DNA of 64,000 nucleotides from Utricularia gibba (lineage: Eukaryota; Plantae; Magnoliophyta). The stretch lies in NCBI GenBank assembly GCA_002189035.1, contig NEEC01000025.1, positions 124,001 to 188,000 of the forward strand, given 5' to 3'. Under the pieces are notes generated by a model. That model ran no database searches and was not told where the DNA came from. It was given only the letters and a program-made list of their open reading frames with translations. Position numbers and translations under genes: made by a program. Positions 13,485 to 28,234 of the stretch are shown piece by piece; position 1 is the first letter of the stretch, and each line of letters begins with the position of its first letter.

Positions 13485-15649
13485 AATTTTATCAAACCCA
13501 ACATAAATATGTCTTATACATTCATATCAAACAAGTACTTAATCTAATTCCACATTGTTTACAAATGAAGTCGGAAAATAGATTAAGTAAAAAGATTACA
13601 TAAGTTCTTGTATGAAGATTTTTCTCGATTATGTATTTCTAAACAATAAAATTAAGTGTTCGATGGATCGAAGAATTATGCGATGATGGTCGGGGATGAG
13701 GAAGGTAGTTGATGTGCGCCTCCCATTGGTGTTACTGAGCATGTGATAGGATTTTGGTGGTTATGAGAATTGTATATTTTTTGTCGGGCTGATTATTGGG
13801 ATGGTGCTATAAAGTTGGTTCATTTTGCACCTGCCGTTTGGTGGATCCCCTTGAGAACCCAACCCCCACCAAATTTGGGGAGTTAATTAGGGGAGGGGAG
13901 GAAAATAGGATAATCAAATCCCGGGTGACCAAAACTTAATTAATATTCAAATCATTGACATCACAAAATCATTCTCCTACCCACACAGTCATACACCATT
14001 TTAATAAAATGGATTACATAAATTATAAAATAATGGTATTTTGGGGTGGTGGGCCCCACAGAATCCAGTGAGATTGCCCCTTGGAGTATTTAAAGACGCC
14101 GTATTTCAGTAGCGTGCGGTATTTATTAACACCATGGGCCGATTTTAATTTTAGTACTCGGTTTGGTGGTGTATGAAAAAAGGTAATCATATTTTTGGTA
14201 AGTAATAGCATTTAGTATCATGTATTCATTTTTATTCATGTTGAAAATAACAACATTTGAGTTTTATATAATCTAATGATAATAAAATATAATATTATAT
14301 TGAAAGATTATTTATTTAGATACATAGATTTTTCTAATTTTGCATAAGTTTCTTTTCATGACAATAAAAAACATAAAACTATAAAAACTGAAATTCCAAA
14401 GCAAATAATATCATATAGTAAAAGTGTATATTGTGGCATTTTGTATAAGAAGAAAATCATAGTGTGTGTCAATTGTGGGATAAGGTGTACTTAGTGAAAA
14501 TGGTAAGTGTACGAGAGAGAATTTAAGGTCAAAATTATTAAGGATATTTCACATGGATTACAAATTGGAAATGAGATGTTATTAAATAGATGTATTTTAT
14601 TAATTTTATATGATTTTTTTTCAAGAAGTAAAAAATATAACATCATGAAGATTAAATATGTGAAACAAATAATATCATATAATGGAAACACAAAACGTAA
14701 TATTTGATATTAAAGTCAAACTCGAATATATACCAATGTTGGTAAGAGGAGGTACTCACATAGGATGATTAGTGTCAAAATAGGTCTAGAAAGTATACTA
14801 TATTGTTTAAGAATATGGGAGAAAACATGATTAAATAAAGATATCTTACAATCTTATATGAGTAAGTTTCTTTGAAAGAAAATAAAATAAAATTGTGAAG
14901 ATTAAATGCATAAAATAAACAATAATATTATTTACAAAAACACATTTATGTGATTTCATTTCTTTTTGAAAATTAATACAATATGCATTTAATACCTAGA
15001 AAATTAATAATTACTATTTTTCTTCCTTTTTTTCCCTGTTTTTTTAATTGTTGGATAAGTTTGTAATTAGTGTGCACCAACTGAATTTTATTACTATTGA
15101 ATTCCAAGGTGGCAACTCCCAGTTGAGTAAATGTGAACCAACAATAGGAGTGAATAGTGTGCTTTGGTTAAAGGGTAATTATTAATTGGATTTTATTTAT
15201 TATTTAATTAGGAAGAGGGCGGGTAAATACGGGGATGGGGGAGGGGTAAATACGGGAATGTAGAGAGTATATAACTACTCAACGGGTTCGCTTTCCAGCG
15301 GACACCCACCATTATACTTCTCTCTCTGTCTTTACAAGGGGGCACGGACCCCTTTTCTTTGGTGAACACTTACTTCTTCGGTTCTCCACGCCTTGCCCAA
15401 GATTCTTATTTAGGTGTGGCTGTGTGTGTGTTGCTGTGGGTGTGGTTGTGAGGAGAGAAGGATCGGAGTGGGCCATTTGCGACGCCGACGCTTGGTTCTG
15501 TCTTCTTTAGTTTCTGGCTTTGGTGGGGAGGTTTGGGTTCTTGAAAGGGGTGAGGCTTTTCTGGAGTTGATCTCGTCGATTTGGGTGGGTATGGGTGATT
15601 GATATTTTGACTGTTTTTGGAGGCGTGGGAACGGAAAAGGTGGGGTGAA

Positions 15650-18913
<3,264 letters not shown>

Positions 18914-19783
18914 ATGCCTTCATCTCTACACCCGGTATATATAAAATTAGTGTAAAGTTTTAGGAATTACAAGGGAAAGAAAAAGGGAATTGTGCATGTA
19001 TCTAGCAACAGCCTCTCAATGACGTTGAGAGGTGGTTTTGGAGTGCAAGAAGAAACAAGGAGCTTGTTCTTCTGGTGTCAGTGGGGCATTCTCCTCTGAC
19101 AGGGATGACAACAAGCTCGAGTCCCCCCCTGGACGAGTGTGGTTAGTTAGGAGGTAGTCAGTCAGTCACCTTAAACCATACATGTATAATGCCAACACAG
19201 CTTGATCGCTCAAAGTGTTGTCCATGTTGGGTGTTCCTTGGTTATTTAGTTAAATTATATCCATCTCTGAGATGCCTCGGGGATGAATGAAACTCATTCA
19301 GAATGTAATGCTGCGGCTGTTCTTGCTTTGGATCAGTGTATTCTTGCTTCTTTTCATGTTGCTCCAAGGACAGCAAATAATGGATTCTATGAAGATGATA
19401 CATATATTGTAGTAGTAGTTTTTTCCCATAAGGAAGCTGATTTCTCCGGCATCAAGCTGCGAATCTCTTCTCTGGTATGTGCTGTTTTCAGGGTTCTGGG
19501 CCTGACTCTCCAACACTGGCTTCCATTAACCACGGAGAACACGCCCCTGAGCTCCTCTGGGATCCATTCCAACTGGGAAAAGAGTTATTTAGAAATCGGA
19601 GCTGGAGCAGCAGTTGAAAATGGGAAAAAATTGAGTTCGAATTTTGAAACTTCATGGAAGTTGAGCACGTGGGAGGTGAGTGGATTATAATAAGAAAAAA
19701 ATAGTTCTTTTTAACCGGCAGACTATTTTCTCAAGTGGGGAGATTGAACCCGGGATGCTCCACTGTGTTGTCTCTGAAGAATA

Positions 19784-21364
19784 ATGAGTGGAGCTTGGGA
19801 AATGAAGACGGTCTGTGTAACAGGGGCTTCAGGGTACATCGCCTCCTGGCTCGTCAAGCTGCTCCTCGACCGAGGCTATACCGTCAAAGCTTCTATTCGG
19901 AACCCTGGTGCATTTAATTTTCTTTGTTTCGGATGCTTTTCAACTGCCGTGGTGGTTCATTTTTGAAATACTCTTGTGGGTATTGGAGAAATGGGAAATT
20001 TTCTCCGCGAATGGATGATGGGAGTTCTTGAAATGTATTGATTCTGATCAAGTTTTGATGAACTGGTGTGATGGGCTGGTAGAGTAGAGATTCGATTAGG
20101 GAATGCATAGATTCTGCAACAAGGCAGTCGAAGACTTGAAAGCAATCCTTTTGAGAGTGCACCCTTATGATTGCAGATGATCCGAAGAAGACACAGCACC
20201 TGCTTGATCTTGAAGGTGCCAAAGAGAGGCTTCACTTGCTGAAAGCCGAGCTGTTAGATGAGGGATCATTTGATGCCTTGGTCCAAGGATGTGAAGGTGT
20301 CTTCCACACAGCTTCTCCGTTTCACGATCCGGGCGATAATCCGCAGGTTTTAATCTCTTCTCCGCCACCATCTTCTGTTCTTTTGATCGATCCTGGATTT
20401 CATTCTGCTAGTGACCATTCCCAGGAAGAACTGATCGATCCTGCTCTAAAAGGGACTCTCAATGTTCTCGAATCATGCGCTAAAACACCGTCTGTCAGGC
20501 GGGTAATCCTCACATCGTCTATGGCTTCTGTGTACTTCAATGGTCAGTCCCTTTCTCCCGAAGTCACCATTGATGAATCATGGTGGTCCGATACCGAGCT
20601 CTGCTTAAAGAATCAGGTGTTTCCTGCTTACTTTTCTCCCATTTCAGTGCATTACCGACCAAGTGAATCTCTTTTCCTCTGTGTTTTCCCATGTCTACAG
20701 CACTGGTACGTCCTCTCAAAGACACTGGCAGAGGAGGCTGCTTGGAAGTTTGCCAAAGAGAAAGGCATCGACTTGGTGGTGATGAATCCAGCCCTGGTCA
20801 TCGGACCGCTCCTCCAGCCAACTCTCAACACGAGCTCCTCTGTGATACTCTCCCTTTTGAATGGTTTGGCTCCTGCAAATGAATCCACTCCTCTTGATCC
20901 TGATCTCCATATAAACAATAGTGAGCCGCATTGCAGGTGCAGAAAAATACAGAAACGTCACTTACGGATTCGTGAACGTGAAGGATGTGGCCTACGCACA
21001 CCTCCTCGCCTTCGAAGATCCGTCTGCTAATGGAAGATACCTCCTGACTGAAAGCGTCCAGCACCTCTCCCAAGTCGTCGATATCCTCCGCGGCCTGTTT
21101 CCGACGATCCCACTCCCTCCCAGGTAACTGTCTTGACGCCTTACTGCACCGCCAACGAAAAAGGAACTCAACAAGACGTGGCTTCACAGATGCGGCGATG
21201 AGAAGCCGTTTGCTGTCACCTACAAAGTGTCGAGAGACAGAGCAGAGAAGCTGGGCGTGGAGTTCATCTCTCTGGAGCAAAGTCTCAGGGAAACTGTTGA
21301 AAGCTTGATACAGAAGAAGTTCTTGAAACCGGCAGCTTCTTCTTCTTCTTCCTCTTCTGCTTGA
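19784..21364 (+). CDS. Cinnamoyl-CoA reductase-like / phenylacetaldehyde reductase-type SDR, copy A (6 exons)
   Basis: [16 protein letters not shown] Rossmann motif; GVFHTASP; TSS; YxxxK as [11 protein letters not shown] (not the true-CCR NWYCYGK); GRY; all introns GT-AG. Confidence 0.95.
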
Positions 21365-22304
21365 GACGGCGGAACCAGTGTTTTGCATCATCAAACAACA
21401 CGATGGTTTGAATAAATGGTCCAAGTTTAAATCGTGAATAAATCTTTTATTTTTTAATATTTTTATAATAAAAATGAGAAAATTACAAAAATAACATCTT
21501 AAATTATAAAAAGTATAACTTCCAAAATTTAAAAATTATAAAAAAATTATTTCAAGTTATTAAAATTGATCAACGAAAATTCAAATAGTTTTTAAAATTT
21601 TTTAAAATTGAATTGATTCACGATGCTATAAATTGGATTTGATTTCTAGTTCAACAAAACTTTATGGTAATGCTTTTCTTATTCACGTTTAAAGCTCAAT
21701 GAATTGAATTATATTTATGTTAGAATTATATTGTATTTATGTTTCGTATAATTCAAAGTGATAATGATTATATTATATTTATATATCATATAATTCAAAA
21801 TGACGATCATTGTATCATATCTCATATTATCTATCTATATAATGATGTTAGGTTCAAAATCAGTTAAATTTGATAATATAAAGGATTAAATATATAATTT
21901 TATAAATTCAAAGTCAAATTATTTACAAAAAACAAATTGAATGATATATGACATAATTTTGAAATTTGATAGTTAAACTATTTATATTGATTATAAATTG
22001 GAATGAGATTGACAAACTCTATCCATAATTATAATTAAATCGTAATTAAATCAATTATAATTAAATGACTATAATTAGACTGTTAATTAATATTTTAAAA
22101 TTTGAAAATATTGCGAATATATTTGTACAGTGGTACTATCAGCAGGACGACAGGCGTCGCTGCCTACCCAATGGGCCGTACGGAGTAACGGAAAAGGAGT
22201 GGACGGCCGAAGCGACGTCGTATTTGACCAGACCACTCTCTTGCTGCATCTATAAAAGACGTGGGGGGTTGCGTCTGCTTGTCATCCGTAGGCATATCTG
22301 AAAA

Positions 22305-23819
22305 ATGGCCGGAAAAACTGTTTGTGTGACGGGGGGCTCCGGCTTCATTGCTTCGTGGCTGATCAAGAGTCTTCTCGAGTGTGGTTATACCGTCAGGGCT
22401 ACTGTTCGCTATCCTAGTCAGTTGATTTCCTCTTTTTGTCGTTCTGGACTGTTTTGATCGGGTCACGAGATAGGAATTTTGTTCTGAAATTTGTGCTGTG
22501 TTTTTGGATCTGGTGTTGTTTTTGTGTCTATGGGAAGCGGGATGGGGTTTTTTTTTCTTTTGGGGGTTTGGATCTGGGTTTTGGCCAAGTTGCTTGTGAT
22601 TTATCGAGTGTGGTGTACGCGTTGCAGATGATCCGAAGAAGACCAATCACTTGCTTTCGCTTGCTGGGGCGAAGGAACGACTTCATTTGTTCAAAGCAGA
22701 TTTGTTGGAGGAGGGGTCGTTTGATGCTCCAATCGAGGGTTGCGATGGTGTTTTTCACACTGCATCTCCCTTTTTCCTTGAAACCAATAACCCAGAGGTT
22801 TTTCATCCGCTCCGTTTCGTGTATTTTGCGATAACATTACTGCTTCCTCGCTATTATCTTATCTATTGCGCGTTCACTTTCTTCAGGAAGAGCTGATTCA
22901 ACCTGCTGTGAAAGGGACGATCAATGTTCTTGGATCTGTTGCAAGGACCCCATCAGTCAAAAGGGTGGTACTAACATCATCTGAGGCTGCAATGGCTTTC
23001 AATCGCAATCCTCGTGGGTCAGATGCTGTTGTCGATGAGACCTGGTGGTCTGATGTTGATTACTGCAGAGAAAACAAGGTAAAGCTCCTCGTCCCCTTCC
23101 GCCTTCCTGTATCCAATATAAGGCTCATGATACACTATGTGCTCACTTTGGGATGCCCTGTACCGCATAGTTATGGTATGTGCTTTCAAAGACATTGGCT
23201 GAAAAGGCTGCCTGGGACATTGCAAAAGAGAAGGGCATTGATCTTATCTCTGTCAACCCATGTTGCGTGATCGGCCCAATGCTGCAGCCAGAACTCAAAA
23301 CCAGCTGTGGACAGATTCAGTACTTGATAAGCGGTCTGTTCTGATGGATCCCATCATCCCCTTCATCATCTTTGTAAGCTAACTTCGAATCAATGCTGAG
23401 TGCAGGTGCAGAGACATACTGGAACAATGCATACGGATGGGTTCATGTCAACGATGTAGTGGAAGCCCATCTTTTAGCATACGAGAATCCTGATGCCAGC
23501 GGTAGATACTACATTGTAGAGAGATGCTGCAACCCCTTAGATATCATTAACCTGCTTCGTAAGCAATACCCGAATCTGAAGTATCCCGAGAAGTAAGTCC
23601 CCCTGCGCCCTGATTCAATTGATCTTCACCAATACTCGAACCCCTCCTCAACCCTCTCCATGCAGGTGTTCGGATGACGGGCCTCTGGCGCAGAGCTACC
23701 AAGTAAACACAGAGAGGGCAAAGAAACTGGGGGTGACGATCACCCCTCTGGAACAAGCTCTGAAGGACACGGTAGAATGCTTGAAGGAAAAGGGCCTGTT
23801 CACAGGAGAACTGAACTAG
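22305..23819 (+). CDS. CCR-like / PAR-type SDR, tandem copy B (6 exons)
   Basis: [16 protein letters not shown]; GVFHTASP; [11 protein letters not shown]; same intron positions as copy A; TATA-like CTATAAAA near 22250. Confidence 0.95.
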
Positions 23820-24226
23820 CTGCTAGTCCTCCTGCTACTGCTACTACTGGTTGTGGTTTGGGATGGTTCCTTGGTGAAGTTTAGCGCATGTAACCTTCCC
23901 TTCACAGTTCAATAAAATGGCTTTGCTTGATGATGATGGAAATTTCATTTCATTTTTAGAATTAAAAAAAGGGAATTTTTTGAGAAAAAAGCCAACCAAT
24001 GAGGTTGCGCCACGGCACCGAGGTTGGACCCTTGGTAAGTATATAGTTACGGACCCGGAATTTTGGCCGTGATCGGTGGCTTTATATTTTATATTTGCTC
24101 TATTTTTTAATTAATATTATTTTGGAAAAAAATGAAGTGGAAGAAGATACTGGTTTCTCATATGTACAGTTACACTGAACCAGAAGAAGAAGAAGAAGCC
24201 ATGGATGCATTGACGCATCTTCAATT

Positions 24227-25438
24227 CTATGAAGAAACGCATGTCACAGTTGAATGCATGGAGGAATCTGCATCTCCTGTCACTGAAGAGCTGCTCCCCA
24301 TTCTGCAGTCAGAGTTGGAGGTAGACATGGCGCTGTAGACTGCAGATACATCTGAAAGTCTCATGTCATCCACCCCACTACATATCAATCGGTTATGGGA
24401 AGTTGGGACACCGGTGAAGGAAACTGAATCTGAAGAACTGATCATGGAAACGGACAGGCAAGACATGTTTGAGAGATTCATGTCATCCACCCCACAGCAT
24501 ATCAAGCTGCTGTGGCACATGGAGTTCAACTCTGCTCCATCTTTTGAGCTGGAGATCGACTTGGCATCATTGAAGTAAACTAAATCTGGGGAGTGTGATT
24601 CTGCTTGAGAGAAAAATGGGTCCTGTAGCAGCTGAATGGCAGATGGTCTCAGAGCAGCAGGTGACAAACATTTGTTTATCATCTCCTTCACCTCTACATC
24701 CTCCACTCTTTCCATGGCGGCTGCCTTGATTCCTGAACAGACTTTCTTGAAAATCTGCCCTGGATTGGTACACTCAGAATAGGGATACTCCTGTGTGGCC
24801 ATTTCCAGCAAGCACATACCGAAGGCATATACATCCACTAATTCATTATACTCCTCGTCGTAGTACTCGGCTGCCATGAACTCAGGCGTCCCAACCACAG
24901 CCCTGCTCAGGCCACCCTCTGCAAAAGTAGCCAATCCAAAATCACCGATTTTGATCTCATTGTTCTCAACATCTAGAAACAAATTGTCACACTTCAAATC
25001 CCGGTGAATGATGGTTGGTTTTTGAGTATGCAGGTAGTTTAGTCCCTGTAAAATCTGCCTGCCCCAATTCCTTATCATCTCCTTATCCACCTTGCCCAGT
25101 TTCTTCATGTACTGTCGCAAGTTCCCAGAGCTGAAAAGCTCTGCAATGACGTTCACACGCTTGCTCTTATGATCAATCCAATGGCAGTAGCATTTCATGA
25201 TGTTCTTATGCGCCAGTGACTGCAACACAACCGCCTCGAAACACATCGTTTCGCCTGATTTTACATCGTCGATGGGAATCTGATACCAAGCAACGTCTAC
25301 CCTGGCGATCAAATCAAAACCTCTGTATACCTGCTTGAATGCACCTCTTCCTATTACCCTCTTGTACCTTACATAGCGACCGCACGGCGATACCTCCTTG
25401 ATTTCCAATTCGTGCAGATTAAACCCCTCGGAAGCCAT
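24227..25438 (-). CDS. WNK: WNK-family Ser/Thr kinase, intronless, with a Ser-rich C-terminal tail
   Basis: Catalytic Lys in subdomain I (GRGAFKQVY), VAW in subdomain II, HRDLKCDN, IGDFGLA, VGTPEFMA, YPYSEC. The first in-frame ATG is at 25438; the ORF-track start at 25564 is TTG. Confidence 0.92.
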   Translation of the reverse strand: MASEGFNLHELEIKEVSPCGRYVRYKRVIGRGAFKQVYRGFDLIARVDVAWYQIPIDDVKSGETMCFEAVVLQSLAHKNIMKCYCHWIDHKSKRVNVIAELFSSGNLRQYMKKLGKVDKEMIRNWGRQILQGLNYLHTQKPTIIHRDLKCDNLFLDVENNEIKIGDFGLATFAEGGLSRAVVGTPEFMAAEYYDEEYNELVDVYAFGMCLLEMATQEYPYSECTNPGQIFKKVCSGIKAAAMERVEDVEVKEMINKCLSPAALRPSAIQLLQDPFFSQAESHSPDLVYFNDAKSISSSKDGAELNSMCHSSLICCGVDDMNLSNMSCLSVSMISSSDSVSFTGVPTSHNRLICSGVDDMRLSDVSAVYSAMSTSNSDCRMGSSSSVTGDADSSMHSTVTCVSS

Positions 25439-27102
25439 AGCAAGATAATCCAATAGAAACTCTGGATTCTCTAAGTACAAAATCAGGCGGACTCCATTCC
25501 TCCGAAGAGACCTTTCATGGCGATGGAGAAGAGCACCACCATCATCATGAACATCAATTTCCAATGAGATCCGCCGCCGCCCCGATCCCCCCGGCGATCT
25601 CCATTGTCATTTTTTTCCACAGAAAAAAAAATTTCCTCCAGCGAATTCGCAAAAGCGCAGATGCAGCAGGAGGAAGAGAACGGATCGGGATCCAGGGATT
25701 TAGGGCTGACGACGAGAAAACCCTCGCATCCCCGATTCTGAAATCCGACCGTTATAATTGGATCCCCATTATCCTTTCCCACGTGCCATAAAATTTTTTT
25801 TCTTCATTTTTTTGATTTTCTTTTTGACCAATCCACTTTTGAACTCTTTTTTCCTTCCACTAATCAATCACGTAGTAGATGTCCTAATTGCTATTTTTGT
25901 AACGTTTCCTATTTGATAACAAAATTATTTTTACAAGGACTATAAATATCGTGTCATATATTGCATTATAAGATATCTGAAATCAAAGAAATATAAAATG
26001 TTTAAACAAGTCGAATATTCATAATCAAACTTATTGAAGAAATTACAATATATGATATGAACTACAAATATATGACTAAATTCTCGTTTTAAAAATTTTC
26101 AATTAAAAAAATTAATCAAGAATGGATGCTCCCGAAATCAATGTAACATCATAAAGTATTATTTGGGGATTAAGATGGAGATAAATTAGTGAGCGAAGAA
26201 ATATTGACTATTTGTATGCTAATGATCGTGTGGGTCAACTAAAATCTCCTAATAATTAGCATTAATGACAGCAGTCATCCACGTGATTAATATTATGGCA
26301 AGTGGGTAATATAGCACATGTCAAGTGGTAGATATTCCTTGCCCGTACACTGGTCACTAGGTCACTAGGGAGTACACCCTAAGTTTGAGCTTGGCTGCTT
26401 TTGGTTCTCAAAGATTCAGAAGCACAGCCGATCTCATCTGTCCCAACTGGGTCTGGTTGGCTTGCTCCTGAGGTGCAGTTCCACTGAACAGCTTCTGCTT
26501 GCTTGTATACCAGACAAAAACATCTTACAGAATCAACCATGAATTTGGAAACTAAGAAATGAAGACTAGCTAGAAATGAATGAGGCGAGACTCTGCAAAA
26601 CCAGAGCAAGATGCAGAGTTCCACCATTGAAGCAGAAGCTTTATGGACCTGATAGAAGAAGAGGGAGAGAATGGCAACAGATGGAGAGCAGCCATGGTCA
26701 TTTTCGGGTTAGAGTGGAACTAAGCACTTTAATTATCACAATGTTTATGAGATTGCATGCGGATAACATATGGGCATAATAAAGCTGATCAAAAGCATCC
26801 ATTCCATGTAAGTGCAGGCAAAGGCATACAGTTAAAAAGTGGACTTAGCAGAGAATCAGGGTTCAGCTGAAGCAGAAAAAGAAATGATTTTGAACTCAAT
26901 CTACATGAAGAATATGGTTGAACACAGCAACATCATCAAACATAGAATGGACGAAGAATCCAGATACAGGTGAAATAGAAAATGTGCCAATCTTTAGCTG
27001 AATCCACGCTGAGATCCTTGAAGGATAACAACTTGGGCACCGCTAATTCAACCAAATTCACAAGTCACACATACATAGCAATTCCATCATCAGTTACAAT
27101 GT

Positions 27103-27698
27103 CTACACTGCTGCTCCAGTCTTCTTCAGATCATCACCAGCTACCTTGGGTTGGCTGGGAATCATCGAATAACCCAGGTTCTTCTTGACATAATTTACCT
27201 CATCATCTTCAGAGGAATCAGCATCCCCGCTGTGAAGCCTACTGGGAGAAAACACAGCCCACACGAAGTACATGATTGCAGCGGTAAGGCCGCCACATCC
27301 GACACCAAAAAGCAAGGCCCCAACAACACTCACGATATCCCCAGAACGATCGCGGATTGAACTCGAAATCGACGGATGAATTTGGGCAGGGAGAGCAGAC
27401 GATTTCTCGATCAACGAAATCCGTGAGACGTCGTCGATAATGGAATTGAAATCCGTGCTAATAGATAATGGCCCGGGAAAGCGAGCTCCCGTAGACGAAA
27501 ATATGAGGGTGAGATCTCCAGGACCATAGCTACGGATGAGAAAACGGGAATTAGGGTTTCCGGGAGGGCATCGTAGGGGTAGAAAGCTGTGGCAGTCGAG
27601 AAATAGAATACGGTTTTGCAGGGCCTTGCGGAGGTCACGGAGGCGAGATACAGGACGAGGAGGAAGCCGGTAGCGTAGGCTGCGGAGGTCGCCGCCAT
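27103..27698 (-). CDS. Signal-peptide plus single-TM plant protein of unknown function, interrupted by a 1-bp frameshift near 27558
   Basis: N-terminal frame gives signal peptide then ARPCKT. A second frame gives NPNSR...SSSIRDRSGDIVSVVGALLFGVGCGGLTAAIMYFVW...GYSMIP, typical of this plant family. The two frames join if one base is added to the A run (GAAAC to GAAAAC). Confidence 0.78.
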
Positions 27699-28234
27699 CT
27701 TCACTTCACCTTTTCACCGGAGATTAGAGTAGACTAAGAACACGCATGACGAAGCTTAGAGTGCTTTGACCCTCTTCTTCCTCCATGACGGAGGCTGACG
27801 TCATCCTAAACTACATCCATTGAATTTTTATTTAATACTTAAAACACTTTTTAAATAAATGGAATTTATTCCAAATTTCCCTATTGGTAGATCCAGTGCA
27901 AAGGTCTCAAACTCCCATTGTGCAAAGGGTGACACCACCCCCCACGTTACTGACTTGGGTTCGCAGTATACACCAAAGTGTGGTTATGCAACGCAAGAAA
28001 AATGTATCCATCATGTAAAGATTTGATCTTTTACGCCGTCAGCCGTCTCCGGTCGACGAAAATCGGAACTCCGATTGGAGCCTCTGGCACTTGCTGTTCA
28101 AGAAGCTGCATCCATCACCCTAAAGCTACCAATTTCAGAGATGGGGTGAAGTGTAAGAGGTTGGTGATCACCAAATGGAGTGGTTCACTAACCTGTAGAG
28201 TTGTGGAGAGTGCCCAGATTTATTCAAATATGTT

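Noticed and set aside
10800-14200. Conserved miRNA precursors (miR156, 159/319, 160, 164, 166, 167, 169, 171, 172, 390, 396 and others)
   Set aside because: No full mature sequence was found by eye; only a 10-nt match to miR166-star near 11330, without the partner arm.
19283-19690. 135-aa plus-strand ORF and overlapping minus-strand ORFs between HKL1 and CCR-like copy A
   Set aside because: No family resemblance; probably HKL1 3' flank or CCR promoter sequence.
20167-21030. Apparent excess of in-frame stop-free introns (CCR-A introns 2 and 3, one cathepsin B intron, one FtsHi2 intron)
   Set aside because: With roughly 100 very short introns in the window, a handful of such cases is expected by chance; enrichment would need a genome-wide count.
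21470-22100. AT-rich block between the CCR-like genes resembling a Mutator-type MITE remnant
   Set aside because: I could not find paired terminal inverted repeats or a target-site duplication.
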